From contig CAVUQH010000004.1 in the NCBI GenBank assembly GCA_963743525.1, forward strand, positions 1 through 64,000: a stretch of 64,000 nt of DNA, in the 5' to 3' direction. The notes below the pieces were generated by a model. That model did not search any database. It saw only the letters and a program-made list of their open reading frames with translations, and was not told the origin of the DNA. The DNA is from an uncultured delta proteobacterium. Its GTDB lineage: Bacteria; Myxococcota_A; Polyangia; Haliangiales; Haliangiaceae. The position numbers and the translations under genes are program-made. This document shows, piece after piece, positions 19,341-35,095 of this stretch. Within the stretch, counting starts at the first letter, position 1, and every line of letters begins with the position of its first letter.

Positions 19341-20992
19341 TCAGCGGGTCGCGGGGCGGATCTTGACCCGCGGGTTGCGCGGGTCGGGCTTGCTGGCGTC
19401 GCGCGCGAACTGCTCGGCCAGGTGGCTGGCCACGTTGACGGTCGATCCGCGGGGCCCGATCTGGATGACGCCGATGTGCTGACTGCGCACGTTTCCGCGG
19501 CGGCAAATCATCGCCAGCAGCCGGCTGGAGTTGGCGCCGCCACGGGCGCCCCAGTTGACGTGAAACGGGGTGAACGAGGCGTTGCGATCGCGCGCGGAGC
19601 CGCGGTTGCGAGCGGAGCTGCGGTCGCGCGCGACGGGCCGCTCGCGCGGCGGCGGCGCACTGGCCGTGCGGACATCGCGAGGTGCGCACGGACCGGCGTG
19701 ATCCGACTTGGACAGCAGCGCGGCGACGATGTCAACGGCGTCCGCGTCGTCGAGGAGACGCTCGGCCAACGCGCGCAGCCGGCCATCGTTGGTGTCGGTG
19801 GCGGCGAGCTCGGCGGCGAGGCGGCCGTCGGCCGCGGCCTGGATGCTGGCCGGGCTGGGCACCGGGGACCACTGAATGGTCACGCCGACTCGGCGCAGTT
19901 GCTGCTCGAAGCGGTGGCGCGCCTGCGGCGGAACCAGAGCCACGCTGGTGCCCTTGTTGCCGGCACGACCGGTGCGGCCGCTGCGGTGGGTGAACACCTC
20001 GGCGTTGGTCGGCAGGTCGAAGTGGATCACCTGGCCGACGTCGTCGATGTCGAGGCCGCGGGCGGCGACGTCGGTGGCAACCACGGTGCGAACCGCGCCG
20101 GAGCGAAAGGCCGACAGCATGGCGTTGCGCGCCCGCTGATCGAGGTCGCCGCTCATGGCCCCGGCAGAGAAGCCGTGCTCGCGCAGAGCGTTGGCCAGCT
20201 CGCTGGAGTCCGCGCGCGTGCGCACGAACACCAGCGTGCGCTGGTCGGGGGCGGCCAGCAGCAGATTGATCAGCGCATCGAACCGATCGTTCGCGCGAAC
20301 GGCGTGGCCGACGTGCTCGATGTCGGCGTGGGCCGCGCCGGCCCGGCTGGTCTGTACCCGCGCGGGATCGGTCTGGTACTCGTCGGCGAGGCGCAACACT
20401 TCGCGCGGCAGGGTCGCCGACACCAGGTGGGTCCGACGCTCGGCCGGGGTGTTGTCGAGGATGCCGGCGAGCTCGTCGCGGAAGCCCATGTCGAGCATCT
20501 CGTCGGCCTCGTCGAGCACGACCGCGCGGGTCTGCGACAGGTCGAGGGAAGCCCGCTGGAGATGGTCGCCCAGGCGTCCCGGGGTGCCGACCAGCACGTG
20601 CGGCTGCTGGCTCAGCGCGCGGAAGTCGCCGCCGAGATTGGTGCCGCCGGTGACCACCGCGACCCGGGCTCCCAGGGGCCGATACAGCCAGCTCAGCTCG
20701 CGGCCCAGCTGCTGGGCCAGCTCGCGGGTGGGCGCGATCAGCAGTACCCGAGGCCGGGCGGTGCGTCCCGGCGCCGGCCGCGGATCGATGTCGGCTCGAG
20801 CTCGGCCGCCAGCACCAGACCGATGGCGACGGTCTTGCCGGAGCCGGTCTGGGACGAGATCCGCAGGTCCCGCGACGCCAGCTCCGGGGCCAGAACCGCG
20901 GTTTGGACGGACGTGAGCTCGGTAAACCCTTTGTCCTGCAGGGCCTGGCCGAGCCCCGCCGGAACGTCAGCAAATAGTACTTCCTTGCTCAC
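19341..20992 (-). CDS. DEAD-box RNA helicase with DbpA-type RNA-binding domain, one frameshift at about 20750-20800
   Basis: Q motif and TGSGKT in ORF 20738-20992; PTRELA, GTPGR, DEAD, SAT, ARGLD, HRSGRTGRAG in the next frame. Confidence 0.9.
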
Positions 20993-21127
20993 AAGAGGCC
21001 CTACCTAGCACAGAAAGGGCGATTCCCGCACCAAAAAGCAGCTCTGGCGCCCTGTAGCCCCCGGCAGGGGACGGATTCGGGGCCCGGCCGAGCCCACGGG
21101 TCGGCGCGCGGACCAACCCGCACGACC

Positions 21128-22234
21128 TCACGCCCCGGCGGGTGTCGCCTCCGGCGGCTCGGTGGACGACCGGCCGGGGAGCGTGGGCTCCCGGTGATCA
21201 TCCGGCGAGTAGTCGCGGTGGTACATGCGCAGCAGCGACAGGAACATCGCGACGACGAGCGGTCCGAGCAGCAGCCCGATGGCACCGAACGCCGCAATGC
21301 CTCCCACCAGCGAGAAGAACACCACCGCCTCGTGGATCTCCATGCCGCGCTTGATGAGCAGTGGCTTCACCAGGTTGTCCACGAGCCCGACCACCACGAG
21401 CCCCCAGCTCGCCAGAAAGATGGCCGTGTACGGATGGCCGGTCGCGAACAGGAGCAGCGCCGCGATCAGGCTGATCACCGCCGCACCGATGGCCGGGATG
21501 AACGCGGCGAAGAAGGTCAAGGCGGCGAAGAAGATCGGGCTGGGCACGCTCGCGATGTAGAAGCCGATCAGCGCCGCCGCCGTCTGCAGCGCCGAGGTGA
21601 TCAGCGTCGAGACGATCACGGCATACGACACGTTCTTGAACCCCGCGAGCAGCTCGCGCGTCTGGCCGGGGCCGAGCGGCGCGACGCTGTCCAGCCAGTC
21701 GACGAGCTCGCGGCCGTGCGCGAGGAAGAAGAACAACGCGATGATCATCAGGGTCGCGTGGAACACGAAGGTGCCCGTCGCCACCGCGAACTTGCCCACC
21801 GAGGCTGCGGTCTGGCGCTCGCCCGCCTGGCCGAGCGCCTCCCCCATGGTCCTGGGCAACCGCTCGATCCCGTTGACGATGACGTCGCGGGCGGTGTCGG
21901 GCAGCCGGTTGACCAGCGCGCTGACCCTTTCGCCGCGCGCGGTCTCCGAGACGAACCGGAACCCGGCGTCGCCGTCGCGGACCACCACGGCGATGAGGGC
22001 CGACAGCGGGCCGAGCAGCAGGACGACGACCAGCAGAGAGATCCCACCCGCGACGACGCTGCGACGCTTCAGCTTGACGCGGCGGCTCACCCAGGCCTGA
22101 ACCGGCCACAGCACGACGGCGAGGACGGCAGCGAGGAACAGCTCGCTGGCGATCGGTCGCAGGACGGTCGCGAGTAGTAGCCCGACAACGGCCAGCAACA
22201 AGAGAAAGAATCGAGGTGCGGGACGCTCTGCCAT
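21128..22234 (-). CDS. AI-2E family transporter
   Basis: Multiple TM helices; FIPAIG, VDNLVKP, GLLLGP. Confidence 0.88.
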   Translation of the reverse strand: MAERPAPRFFLLLLAVVGLLLATVLRPIASELFLAAVLAVVLWPVQAWVSRRVKLKRRSVVAGGISLLVVVLLLGPLSALIAVVVRDGDAGFRFVSETARGERVSALVNRLPDTARDVIVNGIERLPRTMGEALGQAGERQTAASVGKFAVATGTFVFHATLMIIALFFFLAHGRELVDWLDSVAPLGPGQTRELLAGFKNVSYAVIVSTLITSALQTAAALIGFYIASVPSPIFFAALTFFAAFIPAIGAAVISLIAALLLFATGHPYTAIFLASWGLVVVGLVDNLVKPLLIKRGMEIHEAVVFFSLVGGIAAFGAIGLLLGPLVVAMFLSLLRMYHRDYSPDDHREPTLPGRSSTEPPEATPAGA

Positions 22235-22402
22235 GGTGGAGTCATCGTAGCGCTGTATCTCGCGGTACAGGTTCACGCGCCGGCGCCTTCGCTGCGCGGC
22301 ATTACCCGGTCCGGGTGCGGAGCCGATCGGGGCGCGCGCGAAAATGCCGGGCGAGCGAGCCCGGTGTCGATGAGCAGTCCGCACCCGACGCGATGGTCGA
22401 CG

Positions 22403-22418
22403 CGGATCGAGACTTGCA
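22403..22418 (+). promoter_or_regulatory. candidate sigma54 -24/-12 promoter
   Basis: CGGATCGAGACTTGCA, GG-N10-GC with TTGCA, just upstream of AGGAGG of the small ORF. Confidence 0.5.
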
Positions 22419-22446
22419 ACCTGCATGGGTACACAGGAGGTGACTC

Positions 22447-22536
22447 ATGTCGATGACCGGCTGGATCATTGTGTTGCTGTTGGCCGTGTTGTTCCTCGGC
22501 GGCGGCGGTTTCTACTGGCGCTCACGATCCCGGTAA
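22447..22536 (+). CDS. 29-aa single-pass membrane protein MSMTGWIIVLLLAVLFLGGGGFYWRSRSR
   Basis: AGGAGG at 22435-22440; hydrophobic core, GGGG, basic tail. Confidence 0.75.
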   Translation: MSMTGWIIVLLLAVLFLGGGGFYWRSRSR

Positions 22537-22784
22537 CCCGCACCAGCGGGACAACCGCGACAAAGGAGGCGCGAGCTGGCGACCGGCGCACCGGGCGACG
22601 AGCAGCGGTTGAAGCTCGAAGGCCAGCTGTCGCTTCGCCCAGGGTGGCGGCCAATCAGAATGAAGGAAGGTCGGTGTTTCAAGATGATGGAAACGCGGAC
22701 CTCCCACGGACGGCTGCCTTGCTGCCGTCCGGCTGAGGTGGTCGCGGTTGCGTGGCCCGAATGCTGCAGCAGATTGGACGACCT

Positions 22785-22922
22785 ATGGCGAACAAGAACA
22801 CGCGCAAACCCAAGACGAACCAACCCAAGCTGTCGGTCAAGGACAAGCGGGCCGCCAAGAAGGCCAAGCAAGCGCGAAAGGGTGCACCGTCGGTGCCGAT
22901 TCTGCCCAAACCGCCGACCTAG
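22785..22922 (+). CDS. 45-aa Lys-rich small protein
   Basis: MANKNTRKPKTNQPKLSVKDKRAAKKAKQARKG..., mostly G/C third positions. Confidence 0.65.
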   Translation: MANKNTRKPKTNQPKLSVKDKRAAKKAKQARKGAPSVPILPKPPT

Positions 22923-23012
22923 AACCGACGTGTAGCTCCCACGCCATCGTCACGGCCGGCCTGGCGGCTGAGCGCAGTGACTCCCGGGTGACCGTTCTCC
23001 CGTAGGCCGTCG

Positions 23013-23300
23013 ATGGATCTCTTCTCGCACCCTTCGTTCACGCTCGCCCTGGCGGCGTGACCTGGCCGAGTTCAAGGAGCAGCTCACGACCCTGCTCGTT
23101 GCCACGCTGTTCCTCCTGCTGGCCTGCAAATGGTCGAACGGATCGACGCGCGGATCCTGTTCGGAGGCGTGCTCGGACTCCACCGCTGGATTCGGCGATG
23201 GGAACGCGGCGAGGTGGAGCTGCTCCGATGTGAGTCCGAAGCCCAGACGGGCGGAAGCGAGGCCGTGCTCGCGGCACCCCAGCGGCGTCCTGCTCCCACT
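23013..23300 (+). pseudogene. possible deleted remnant of a cation:proton antiporter
   Basis: Disjoint pieces MDLFSHPSFTLALAA* and LAEFKEQLTTLLVATLFLLLA in different frames; bounds approximate. Confidence 0.3.
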
Positions 23301-23486
23301 CCTGAAGGAGCGACGACCGCGTCGCGCTGCTCGACGAAACCTCGCGACTCCAGCGCGGGGACGTGGTCGAGTTTGCGGTCGACGCCGGTTCACGAGACGA
23401 AGCGCTGCTGTGGCTGCACGACAACGGCTGGCGGATCATCCCCTGAGTCGCACGCGCAGCTCCTGCGCGAATGGCAGGCCAATTAC

Positions 23487-23502
23487 CGGTTCGGAACTTG
23501 CA
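23487..23502 (+). promoter_or_regulatory. candidate sigma54 -24/-12 promoter
   Basis: CGGTTCGGAACTTGCA, 40 nt before the PRC-barrel ATG. Confidence 0.5.
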
Positions 23503-23542
23503 CCCGAGAGCAACTGGCTGCGCTCGACAAGGAGATCAGATC

Positions 23543-23845
23543 ATGAGGCTTTCTGACGACAACCTTCACGGACGGACGGTCATCGCTTCCGATGGCCTCG
23601 AGATCGGCGACATCGATGCCCTGTTCCTCGACAGCGACGACTGGCGAATCGAGTCGCTGCAGGTAAAATTGCACAAGGATGTCGCGGACCGGCTCGGTGC
23701 GGACCGTGGGATGTTCCACGCGGGAGCACTGGAAGTCCCGATCGGAATGGTCCAATCGGTGGGCGACGCCGTCATCCTCTCGGTGGCGCTCGACGACCTG
23801 CGCCGGGTTCTCCCGGCCGCCCCCGAGGCGGTCGCGACCGACTAG
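23543..23845 (+). CDS. PRC-barrel domain protein
   Basis: LHGRTVIASDGLEIGDIDALFLD...VQSVGDAVIL; AAGGAG RBS. Confidence 0.85.
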   Translation: MRLSDDNLHGRTVIASDGLEIGDIDALFLDSDDWRIESLQVKLHKDVADRLGADRGMFHAGALEVPIGMVQSVGDAVILSVALDDLRRVLPAAPEAVATD

Positions 23846-23867
23846 CGGGACCACTCGCGCAGCCCTC

Positions 23868-24896
23868 TCACCGCGCCTCGGCGTAGGTGACCATCCGCCC
23901 GCGGGCCCCGTCCCAGAGCGCCAGGCGCAGACAGCGGACCACATCGCCAGGCGACAGGGTGATCTTTGGCGCGCCCTGCAGCTCGGGCAGGGCCTGCATG
24001 GCTTCGGCGAGCCGGTAGAACGGGATGGTTCGGTTGAGGTGATGTACCTGGTGGTGCCCGATCTCGCCGGTGAACCAGCGCATGAACAGGCCGAGCTCGA
24101 GCTGACTGCTCGATTCGGCCGCCGCCTTTTCGGAGGTCCACTCGTCCGCGGTGAACAACTTCACCTGCGGGAAGTTGTGCTGGACGTAGAACAGGTACGC
24201 GCCGAGAGCCGCGGCGACGCAGTAGGGCAGGATGAACGCGAAGAAGGCCATTGCGAAGCCGCCGAGCCACCACAGCGCGGCCACACAAACGGCGAAGCCG
24301 AGCATGGCGACCAGTGAGTCCCAGTGTTTTCTTCGGTTGTCCACGAACGAGCCGATCGTCATGGCCAGCAGGAACACCGTCACCGCAGCGGTGGCGATCG
24401 TCAGCGGGTGGCGGCTGATGCGGTACTGCACTCTCTGCCAGCGCGACGCAGCGCGCCACTCGTTAACGGTCATCAGCGGAAACCCGCCGGTGGGTGGGCC
24501 GCCCAGCTTGCCCACGTTGGTGTGATGAAGGTTGTGGTTCTGCCGCCAGGAGCTGGGCGGGGCGAGCAACAGCCCGCCGCAGGCGTACATCACGACCTTC
24601 CCCACCCGCGACTTCGCCAGGATCGCCCCGTGGATGTAGTCGTGATAGAGGATGAAGCAACGCACCATGACCAGGCCACCGAGCACCGACGCAAGGAGGC
24701 GCAGCGGCCACCAGGGAGCGAGCGCGGCGAAGGTGAGCACCCCGATCAGGATCACCAACGTGCTCCACACGTACCACCAGCTCTTCGCGCGCACTTCCTG
24801 CGCAAACGGCCTGGCGGCGGCGGTAAGCTCGGGGCCAGTGCGCGGCTCGAACACCCGTACGGGCACAGCCACGAGCCCTTTTGCGTGCGCGGCCAT
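23868..24896 (-). CDS. membrane fatty acid desaturase
   Basis: Three His boxes: HDYIH, HNLHH, HHQVHH; start uncertain. Confidence 0.9.
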   Translation of the reverse strand: MAAHAKGLVAVPVRVFEPRTGPELTAAARPFAQEVRAKSWWYVWSTLVILIGVLTFAALAPWWPLRLLASVLGGLVMVRCFILYHDYIHGAILAKSRVGKVVMYACGGLLLAPPSSWRQNHNLHHTNVGKLGGPPTGGFPLMTVNEWRAASRWQRVQYRISRHPLTIATAAVTVFLLAMTIGSFVDNRRKHWDSLVAMLGFAVCVAALWWLGGFAMAFFAFILPYCVAAALGAYLFYVQHNFPQVKLFTADEWTSEKAAAESSSQLELGLFMRWFTGEIGHHQVHHLNRTIPFYRLAEAMQALPELQGAPKITLSPGDVVRCLRLALWDGARGRMVTYAEAR

Positions 24897-25134
24897 CGAC
24901 CCCTGCAATTTGCAAACGCAGGACCATGGCTGCGAGGTCGCGCGCTCGACCTCGACGGCCAGCGGTAGCCGGCGGAACCGTGGCCCAGGGCCAGCCGTCG
25001 CAGATCAGATGCAATAGGCATCCCTCCGCGACCACACAGATCTTCCCACCGGCGGGAAAGTTTACCCGCCGAGCCAACAGCCGTCGCACCGGCCCGCGAC
25101 GTCGGGGCCGTCATCCCTGCCCATAGCGACCGTG

Positions 25135-25150
25135 TGCATCCGCCGTGCCA
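25135..25150 (-). promoter_or_regulatory. sigma54 -24/-12 promoter facing the desaturase
   Basis: Minus strand TGGCACGGCGGATGCA, near consensus TGGCACG-N4-TTGCW. Confidence 0.65.
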
Positions 25151-25205
25151 CGGTGCACGCACCGGATGTCCGGTGCGCGCCCTCGATCTCGCCGGGGCCT
25201 GCTCT

Positions 25206-30933
<5,728 letters not shown>

Positions 30934-30981
30934 CTGCGCCCGTTCTGACCGCGGCCCGGGCTACGGCCGCGCTGATGTTGC

Positions 30982-32107
30982 TCACCGGCGCCGGCGCGCG
31001 CGGCCCCCGGTCGGGTGGCAGTGGGCACAATCGCGCGTGTCGTTGACGCGAGCGCGATCGTGGATGCGGGCGATGTTGCTCGGCGTGTGCTCGTGACATC
31101 CGTAGCAGGTGTACGCGTCGTTGCTCTGCGGGTGGCAGACCTTGCACGCGACCTTGCCGCCACCGCCGTGGGTCAGCGGGAATTCGTGATCGTCGGGCGC
31201 CACCTCGGTGGTCGAGCGCGGCGCGGCGGTCGGCTTCGTGGCCGGCTTCGACTGCGAGCGCGAGGCCGGCTTCGGCTCCGTCTCCGCCCTGTCCTTGGCC
31301 GGCTTCCAGGCGGTCGTGGTGTGGCAGTCGCCGCACTGATCGCCGCGCTTGCCGTGGTGGGCGTCGTCTCTGCGGTGGCAGGCTACGCACTCGTGCGGCG
31401 CGGCGTCGAAGCCGGCCAGGTCGTGGGCGCCCTCGTGGCAGCCCTCGCACCGGGTCCTGGCGTGCTTGCCGTCGAGCGGGAACTCGGTGGCGTCGTGGTC
31501 GAACACGCCCTTGCTGAACCGGTTGACGCCGTCGTGACAGTCGCGGCACGCCTCGCCGTAAGCGGCGACGTGGCCGGTCAAGAAGTCGTGCGGATCCTGG
31601 GCGTGGCACTCGCTGCAGCGATCGGCGGCGAAGTGGAGCACGTCCTTCGTGTGGCAGTCGCTGCAGCGGAAGCGCGCGCCGTCGCGGCGCTCGTCGTGCG
31701 CGTTCAGGGCGAAGCCGGTGGCGTCGTGGGGGAAGCTTCGCCGGTTCGACTCGCGTGATCTCGCCGCCGGTGTGCTCGGTGTGGCAGCGCAGGCAGGCGT
31801 TGACCCCGGGCAGCTTGCCGTGCAGCGACTTGCCGGCGTCGATCTCGGCGCGGGTGTCGTCGTGGCAGGCCAGGCAGTGCGGCGACATCGCGCCGCCGCC
31901 GACGCCGGTGTGGCAGGCGTCGCAGTCGAGGTCGGCGTGGCGCCGGGCGCCGTGGTGGGCCTCGCCGTCGCTGTCGCGGGACAGCGGGCCGGGCATGGCG
32001 ATGCTGCCGTCGGACAGCCACCAGGCGCCGGCGATGGCGCCGATCGCGACCAGCGCCGCCACCAGCGCCAGCGGGCTGACGAACGGCAGCCGCGGGCGCG
32101 AGCTCAT
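30982..32107 (-). CDS. membrane-anchored multiheme cytochrome c, 12 CxxCH, one frameshift near 31737
   Basis: N-terminal TM; CDACH, CLACH, CLRCH then CSDCH, CSECH, CRDCH, CEGCH, CVACH, CGDCH, CKVCH, CYGCH, CAHCH. Confidence 0.85.
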
Positions 32108-32751
32108 CTGACCCCCGCGCTGAACCAGATGGCAATGGCCACGTGGGTGAAGGCGAGCGTGAACATGGCGACGCCCAGCGGCACGTGCACCGTGTGCCAC
32201 AGCGCCAGCAGCCGGCGCATGCGCGGCACTCGCTTGACCCGCTTCTGCAGCTTCGCACGCGCGGCGGTGAGCTGGCCGCGCTCGGCCTCGGGCACCTCGG
32301 ACTCGGCGAGCCGGGCGTCGATATCGCGAAGCAGCCCGGCGAGCTCGGTCCGGCTCAGCTCGTCGCCGGCGACCGTGCGGGGAATCGCGGTGTAGAGATA
32401 GCGGCCGACGAAACCGCTGACCACGACCACCGCGACGGCGATCGCGGTCCAGCCGGCGAGGCCGGAGAAGCTCCAGCTGGTGTGCAGGAGGATCAGCGCC
32501 GGCCCGACGATGCCGGTGTAGATGTGGACCCGCAGCCAGCTCTTCATCGGGCCCCAGCGAGCGCGGTGCGACCGCTTGCGCAGCGAGTAGCCGATCTCGG
32601 TGAACAGCATCAGCACGAAGCCGGCGATGCCGAGGCTGTGGCCGATGATGGCGCCGGGCTCGGTCTGCGGCGCGTGGGCCAGGCCGGCGTAGAGCGCCGC
32701 CGCCACCGCGACGGTGAGACCCGCCCACACGAGCTCAGGAGCGCGCTGCAC
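32104..32751 (-). CDS. integral membrane protein with His-containing helices
   Basis: GHSLGIAG, YSLRKR, WLRVHIYTG, LLHT, WHTVHVPL; about 5 TM helices. Confidence 0.75.
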   Translation of the reverse strand: MQRAPELVWAGLTVAVAAALYAGLAHAPQTEPGAIIGHSLGIAGFVLMLFTEIGYSLRKRSHRARWGPMKSWLRVHIYTGIVGPALILLHTSWSFSGLAGWTAIAVAVVVVSGFVGRYLYTAIPRTVAGDELSRTELAGLLRDIDARLAESEVPEAERGQLTAARAKLQKRVKRVPRMRRLLALWHTVHVPLGVAMFTLAFTHVAIAIWFSAGVR

Positions 32752-34051
32752 CGCGGTCCTCGCCGAGGGCGATCAGCTTGGCCAGCGCGCTGCCGGGGTC
32801 GGCCTCGAGCCCCGCGCGCAATGGACCGAGCGGAATGCGCTGGCGGACCAGTCGGGTCAGCGCCCGCGCCGCTGCCGGATCGTTCATCACCACCGCGCCG
32901 AGCAGGGTGTCGGCGCCGACCATCACGCGGATCCGCCGGCCCGGATCGTCGCCGGTGAGGGTCCAGGCGCTGGGCTGCACCCGCCAGCTCAGGCTGTCGC
33001 CGCGGGCGATGGTCAGCAGGTCGTGGTCGCCGTCGTCGTCGCGGCTGCCGACCGCGCCGATGATGGTGGTGGTGATGTGGCCGAGCCGGGTGACGTTGAG
33101 GCTGGGCGGGCGTCGGAAGCCGGCCGGCGCCCCGACCATGGCGGTGCCGGCGATCGCGCCGGCGGCCAGCGCGGTCGACCACAGGCTGTCGACCACGCCC
33201 TGCCCGGTCACCGGATCGGAGATCTCGGCGCAGTCACCGGCGGCGAAGACGCCGGGCACGCTGGTTTCGAAGCGCTGGTCGACGCGGATGCCGCGACCGA
33301 CCGCCAACCCCGCGGCGCGCGCCAGCTCGAGCCGCGGGCGCACGCCGATGGCGACCGCCAGCATCTGGCAGCGGATGGTGTCGCCGGCCTCGGTCTCGAC
33401 CCAGGCCAGCTTGCCGCGGTCGCCGACCGCGCGCGCGACCCTGGTGCGGTGATGCAGCACGATGCCCTGCTCGCTGACCGCATCCTCGACCCGGCGCGAC
33501 TCCTCGACGTCGAGCACACTCGACCAGTAGCGCGCGCCGCGCAGGAAGTAGTGGACGTCAACGTCGCGGGCGGCGAGCCCCTCGGCCAGCTCCAGGGCGG
33601 TCGGGCCGCCGCCGACCACCACCGCCGCCCTGGCCTTGTCGGCGCGGGCGATGATGTCGCGAGTCTGGTCGAGCTGGTCGAGCTGGACCACGCCGTCGAG
33701 GTCGCCGCCGGGGAAGTCGGGGGCGATGGCCTCGGCGCCGACCGCGAGCAACAGGCGATCGTAGGCGATGGGCGCGGCGCCGGCGACGTGGACCTCGCGG
33801 CGGACGACGTCGATGGCGGTGACGTCGGCGACCCGGCGATCGAGACGGAGCGCTGACAGCTCGGCGTCGGTGCGCAGGTGAAGCTGGCGCTCGGGGATGC
33901 TGCCGGTGAGCAGGTACGCCAGCCCGGGCCGCGAGTAGAACGGGTGCGGCTCGCGGCCGAGCATGATCAGCTCGGCGTTCGGATCGCGGCGGCGCACCGC
34001 CTCGGCGGCGGACAGCGCGGCGATGCCGGTGCCGATGAAGACGTGCCTCAC
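32735..34051 (-). CDS. FAD/NAD(P)-dependent oxidoreductase (NirB N-terminal/rubredoxin-reductase-like)
   Basis: IGTGIAA, YSRPGL, YDRLLLAVG, VVGGG, VFAAGDCAE; GTGA overlap. Confidence 0.85.
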   Translation of the reverse strand: MRHVFIGTGIAALSAAEAVRRRDPNAELIMLGREPHPFYSRPGLAYLLTGSIPERQLHLRTDAELSALRLDRRVADVTAIDVVRREVHVAGAAPIAYDRLLLAVGAEAIAPDFPGGDLDGVVQLDQLDQTRDIIARADKARAAVVVGGGPTALELAEGLAARDVDVHYFLRGARYWSSVLDVEESRRVEDAVSEQGIVLHHRTRVARAVGDRGKLAWVETEAGDTIRCQMLAVAIGVRPRLELARAAGLAVGRGIRVDQRFETSVPGVFAAGDCAEISDPVTGQGVVDSLWSTALAAGAIAGTAMVGAPAGFRRPPSLNVTRLGHITTTIIGAVGSRDDDGDHDLLTIARGDSLSWRVQPSAWTLTGDDPGRRIRVMVGADTLLGAVVMNDPAAARALTRLVRQRIPLGPLRAGLEADPGSALAKLIALGEDRGAARS

Positions 34052-34287
34052 TCCTGCTCCTCGACCGGGCCGAAGTGGAGGACGTCGCGCGGGCAGCGGG
34101 CGATGCACTCGCCGCAGGTGATGCAGCGCTGGTCGATCACCGGAGTACCGACCCGGGCATGGCTGCGCACGTCGATGCCGATCGGGCAGTTGTAGCCGCA
34201 GATCCCGCACTGCACGCAGCGCTCGGGGTTGGACACCACGCATGCCTCCGCGAGCAGGCGGACCCTGGCCAGCAGGTCGTCAGCCAC
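34048..34287 (-). CDS. 2x[4Fe-4S] ferredoxin
   Basis: CVQCGICGYNCP and CITCGECIARCP. Confidence 0.9.
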   Translation of the reverse strand: MADDLLARVRLLAEACVVSNPERCVQCGICGYNCPIGIDVRSHARVGTPVIDQRCITCGECIARCPRDVLHFGPVEEQE

Positions 34288-35095
34288 CGGCCGCCCCCAC
34301 GCCGCCGCGGGGCGATTCGTGCACCGCGTCGAGGTAGGTGCGATAGCTGACCGGCTCGTGGGTGCGCAGCAGCGCGGCCAGGGTCGCCTCGAGCGAGCGC
34401 CGGGTGGTGGCGCGGCGGACGTCCGGTGGGTGGACGGCCAGCCGGGTGTCGGCGGGCGGGCGGTGGCGCTGCAGCCACGCCCACGCCGCAGTGGCGCGGG
34501 CGTCGACCTCGGTCAACGAGCCCCAGCCGATCAACCGGCGGGCGAGGAGCGAGTTGCCTCGCGCGATGCCGCTGAAGCACTCGTGGAACGGCAGGCCGCG
34601 CTCGGCGACGACGGCGGCGGCGGCGGGCGACAGCAGCCAGGCCGGCGGTACGAAGCCGTAGACATGATCGGCCAGGCCGGCGCGGGCGAAGATGGCGTCG
34701 GCGGCGTCCAGCCGGCGGGCGGTGTCGGCGGCGTCGGTGCCGGCGAGCTCGCCCTCACCGCGGGCGAAGAAGCGCGCCGCCAGCCAGCGCGCCGGCGTGC
34801 GCGGCGACCGCGTCATCCGGTGGGTCAGGCCGTGGGCGACCAGCGTCGCACCGCCCTCGGCGAGATCGCGAACGAACGCGAGCGTGTCGGGGTCGTCGTC
34901 GAGGGCGACCCGGTCGTCGTGCAGCGGCACGACCAGCACGGTCAGCGCCGAGGTCGGCAGCCCGGCGCCGGCGAGCAGGTCGACCGCGTCGCGGCACGCG
35001 TCCACGGTCACCGGCGAGACGTCGTGCAGCGAGACCAGCAGCCGGGGCCGCGACGCCGCGTCGCGCTGGTCGTGGGGGGCGGCAGTGACGGGCAC
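34280..35095 (-). CDS. DUF2334-type polysaccharide deacetylase family
   Basis: VSLHDVSP, HGLTH, GFVPPAW, RLAVHPPD. Confidence 0.8.
   Translation of the reverse strand: MPVTAAPHDQRDAASRPRLLVSLHDVSPVTVDACRDAVDLLAGAGLPTSALTVLVVPLHDDRVALDDDPDTLAFVRDLAEGGATLVAHGLTHRMTRSPRTPARWLAARFFARGEGELAGTDAADTARRLDAADAIFARAGLADHVYGFVPPAWLLSPAAAAVVAERGLPFHECFSGIARGNSLLARRLIGWGSLTEVDARATAAWAWLQRHRPPADTRLAVHPPDVRRATTRRSLEATLAALLRTHEPVSYRTYLDAVHESPRGGVGAAGG

Noticed and set aside
22753..22768. Fifth sigma54-like site TGGCCCGAATGCTGCA
   Set aside because: Predicted start would fall about 6 nt before the ATG at 22785 and cut into the likely RBS; GG-N10-GC is common at this GC content.
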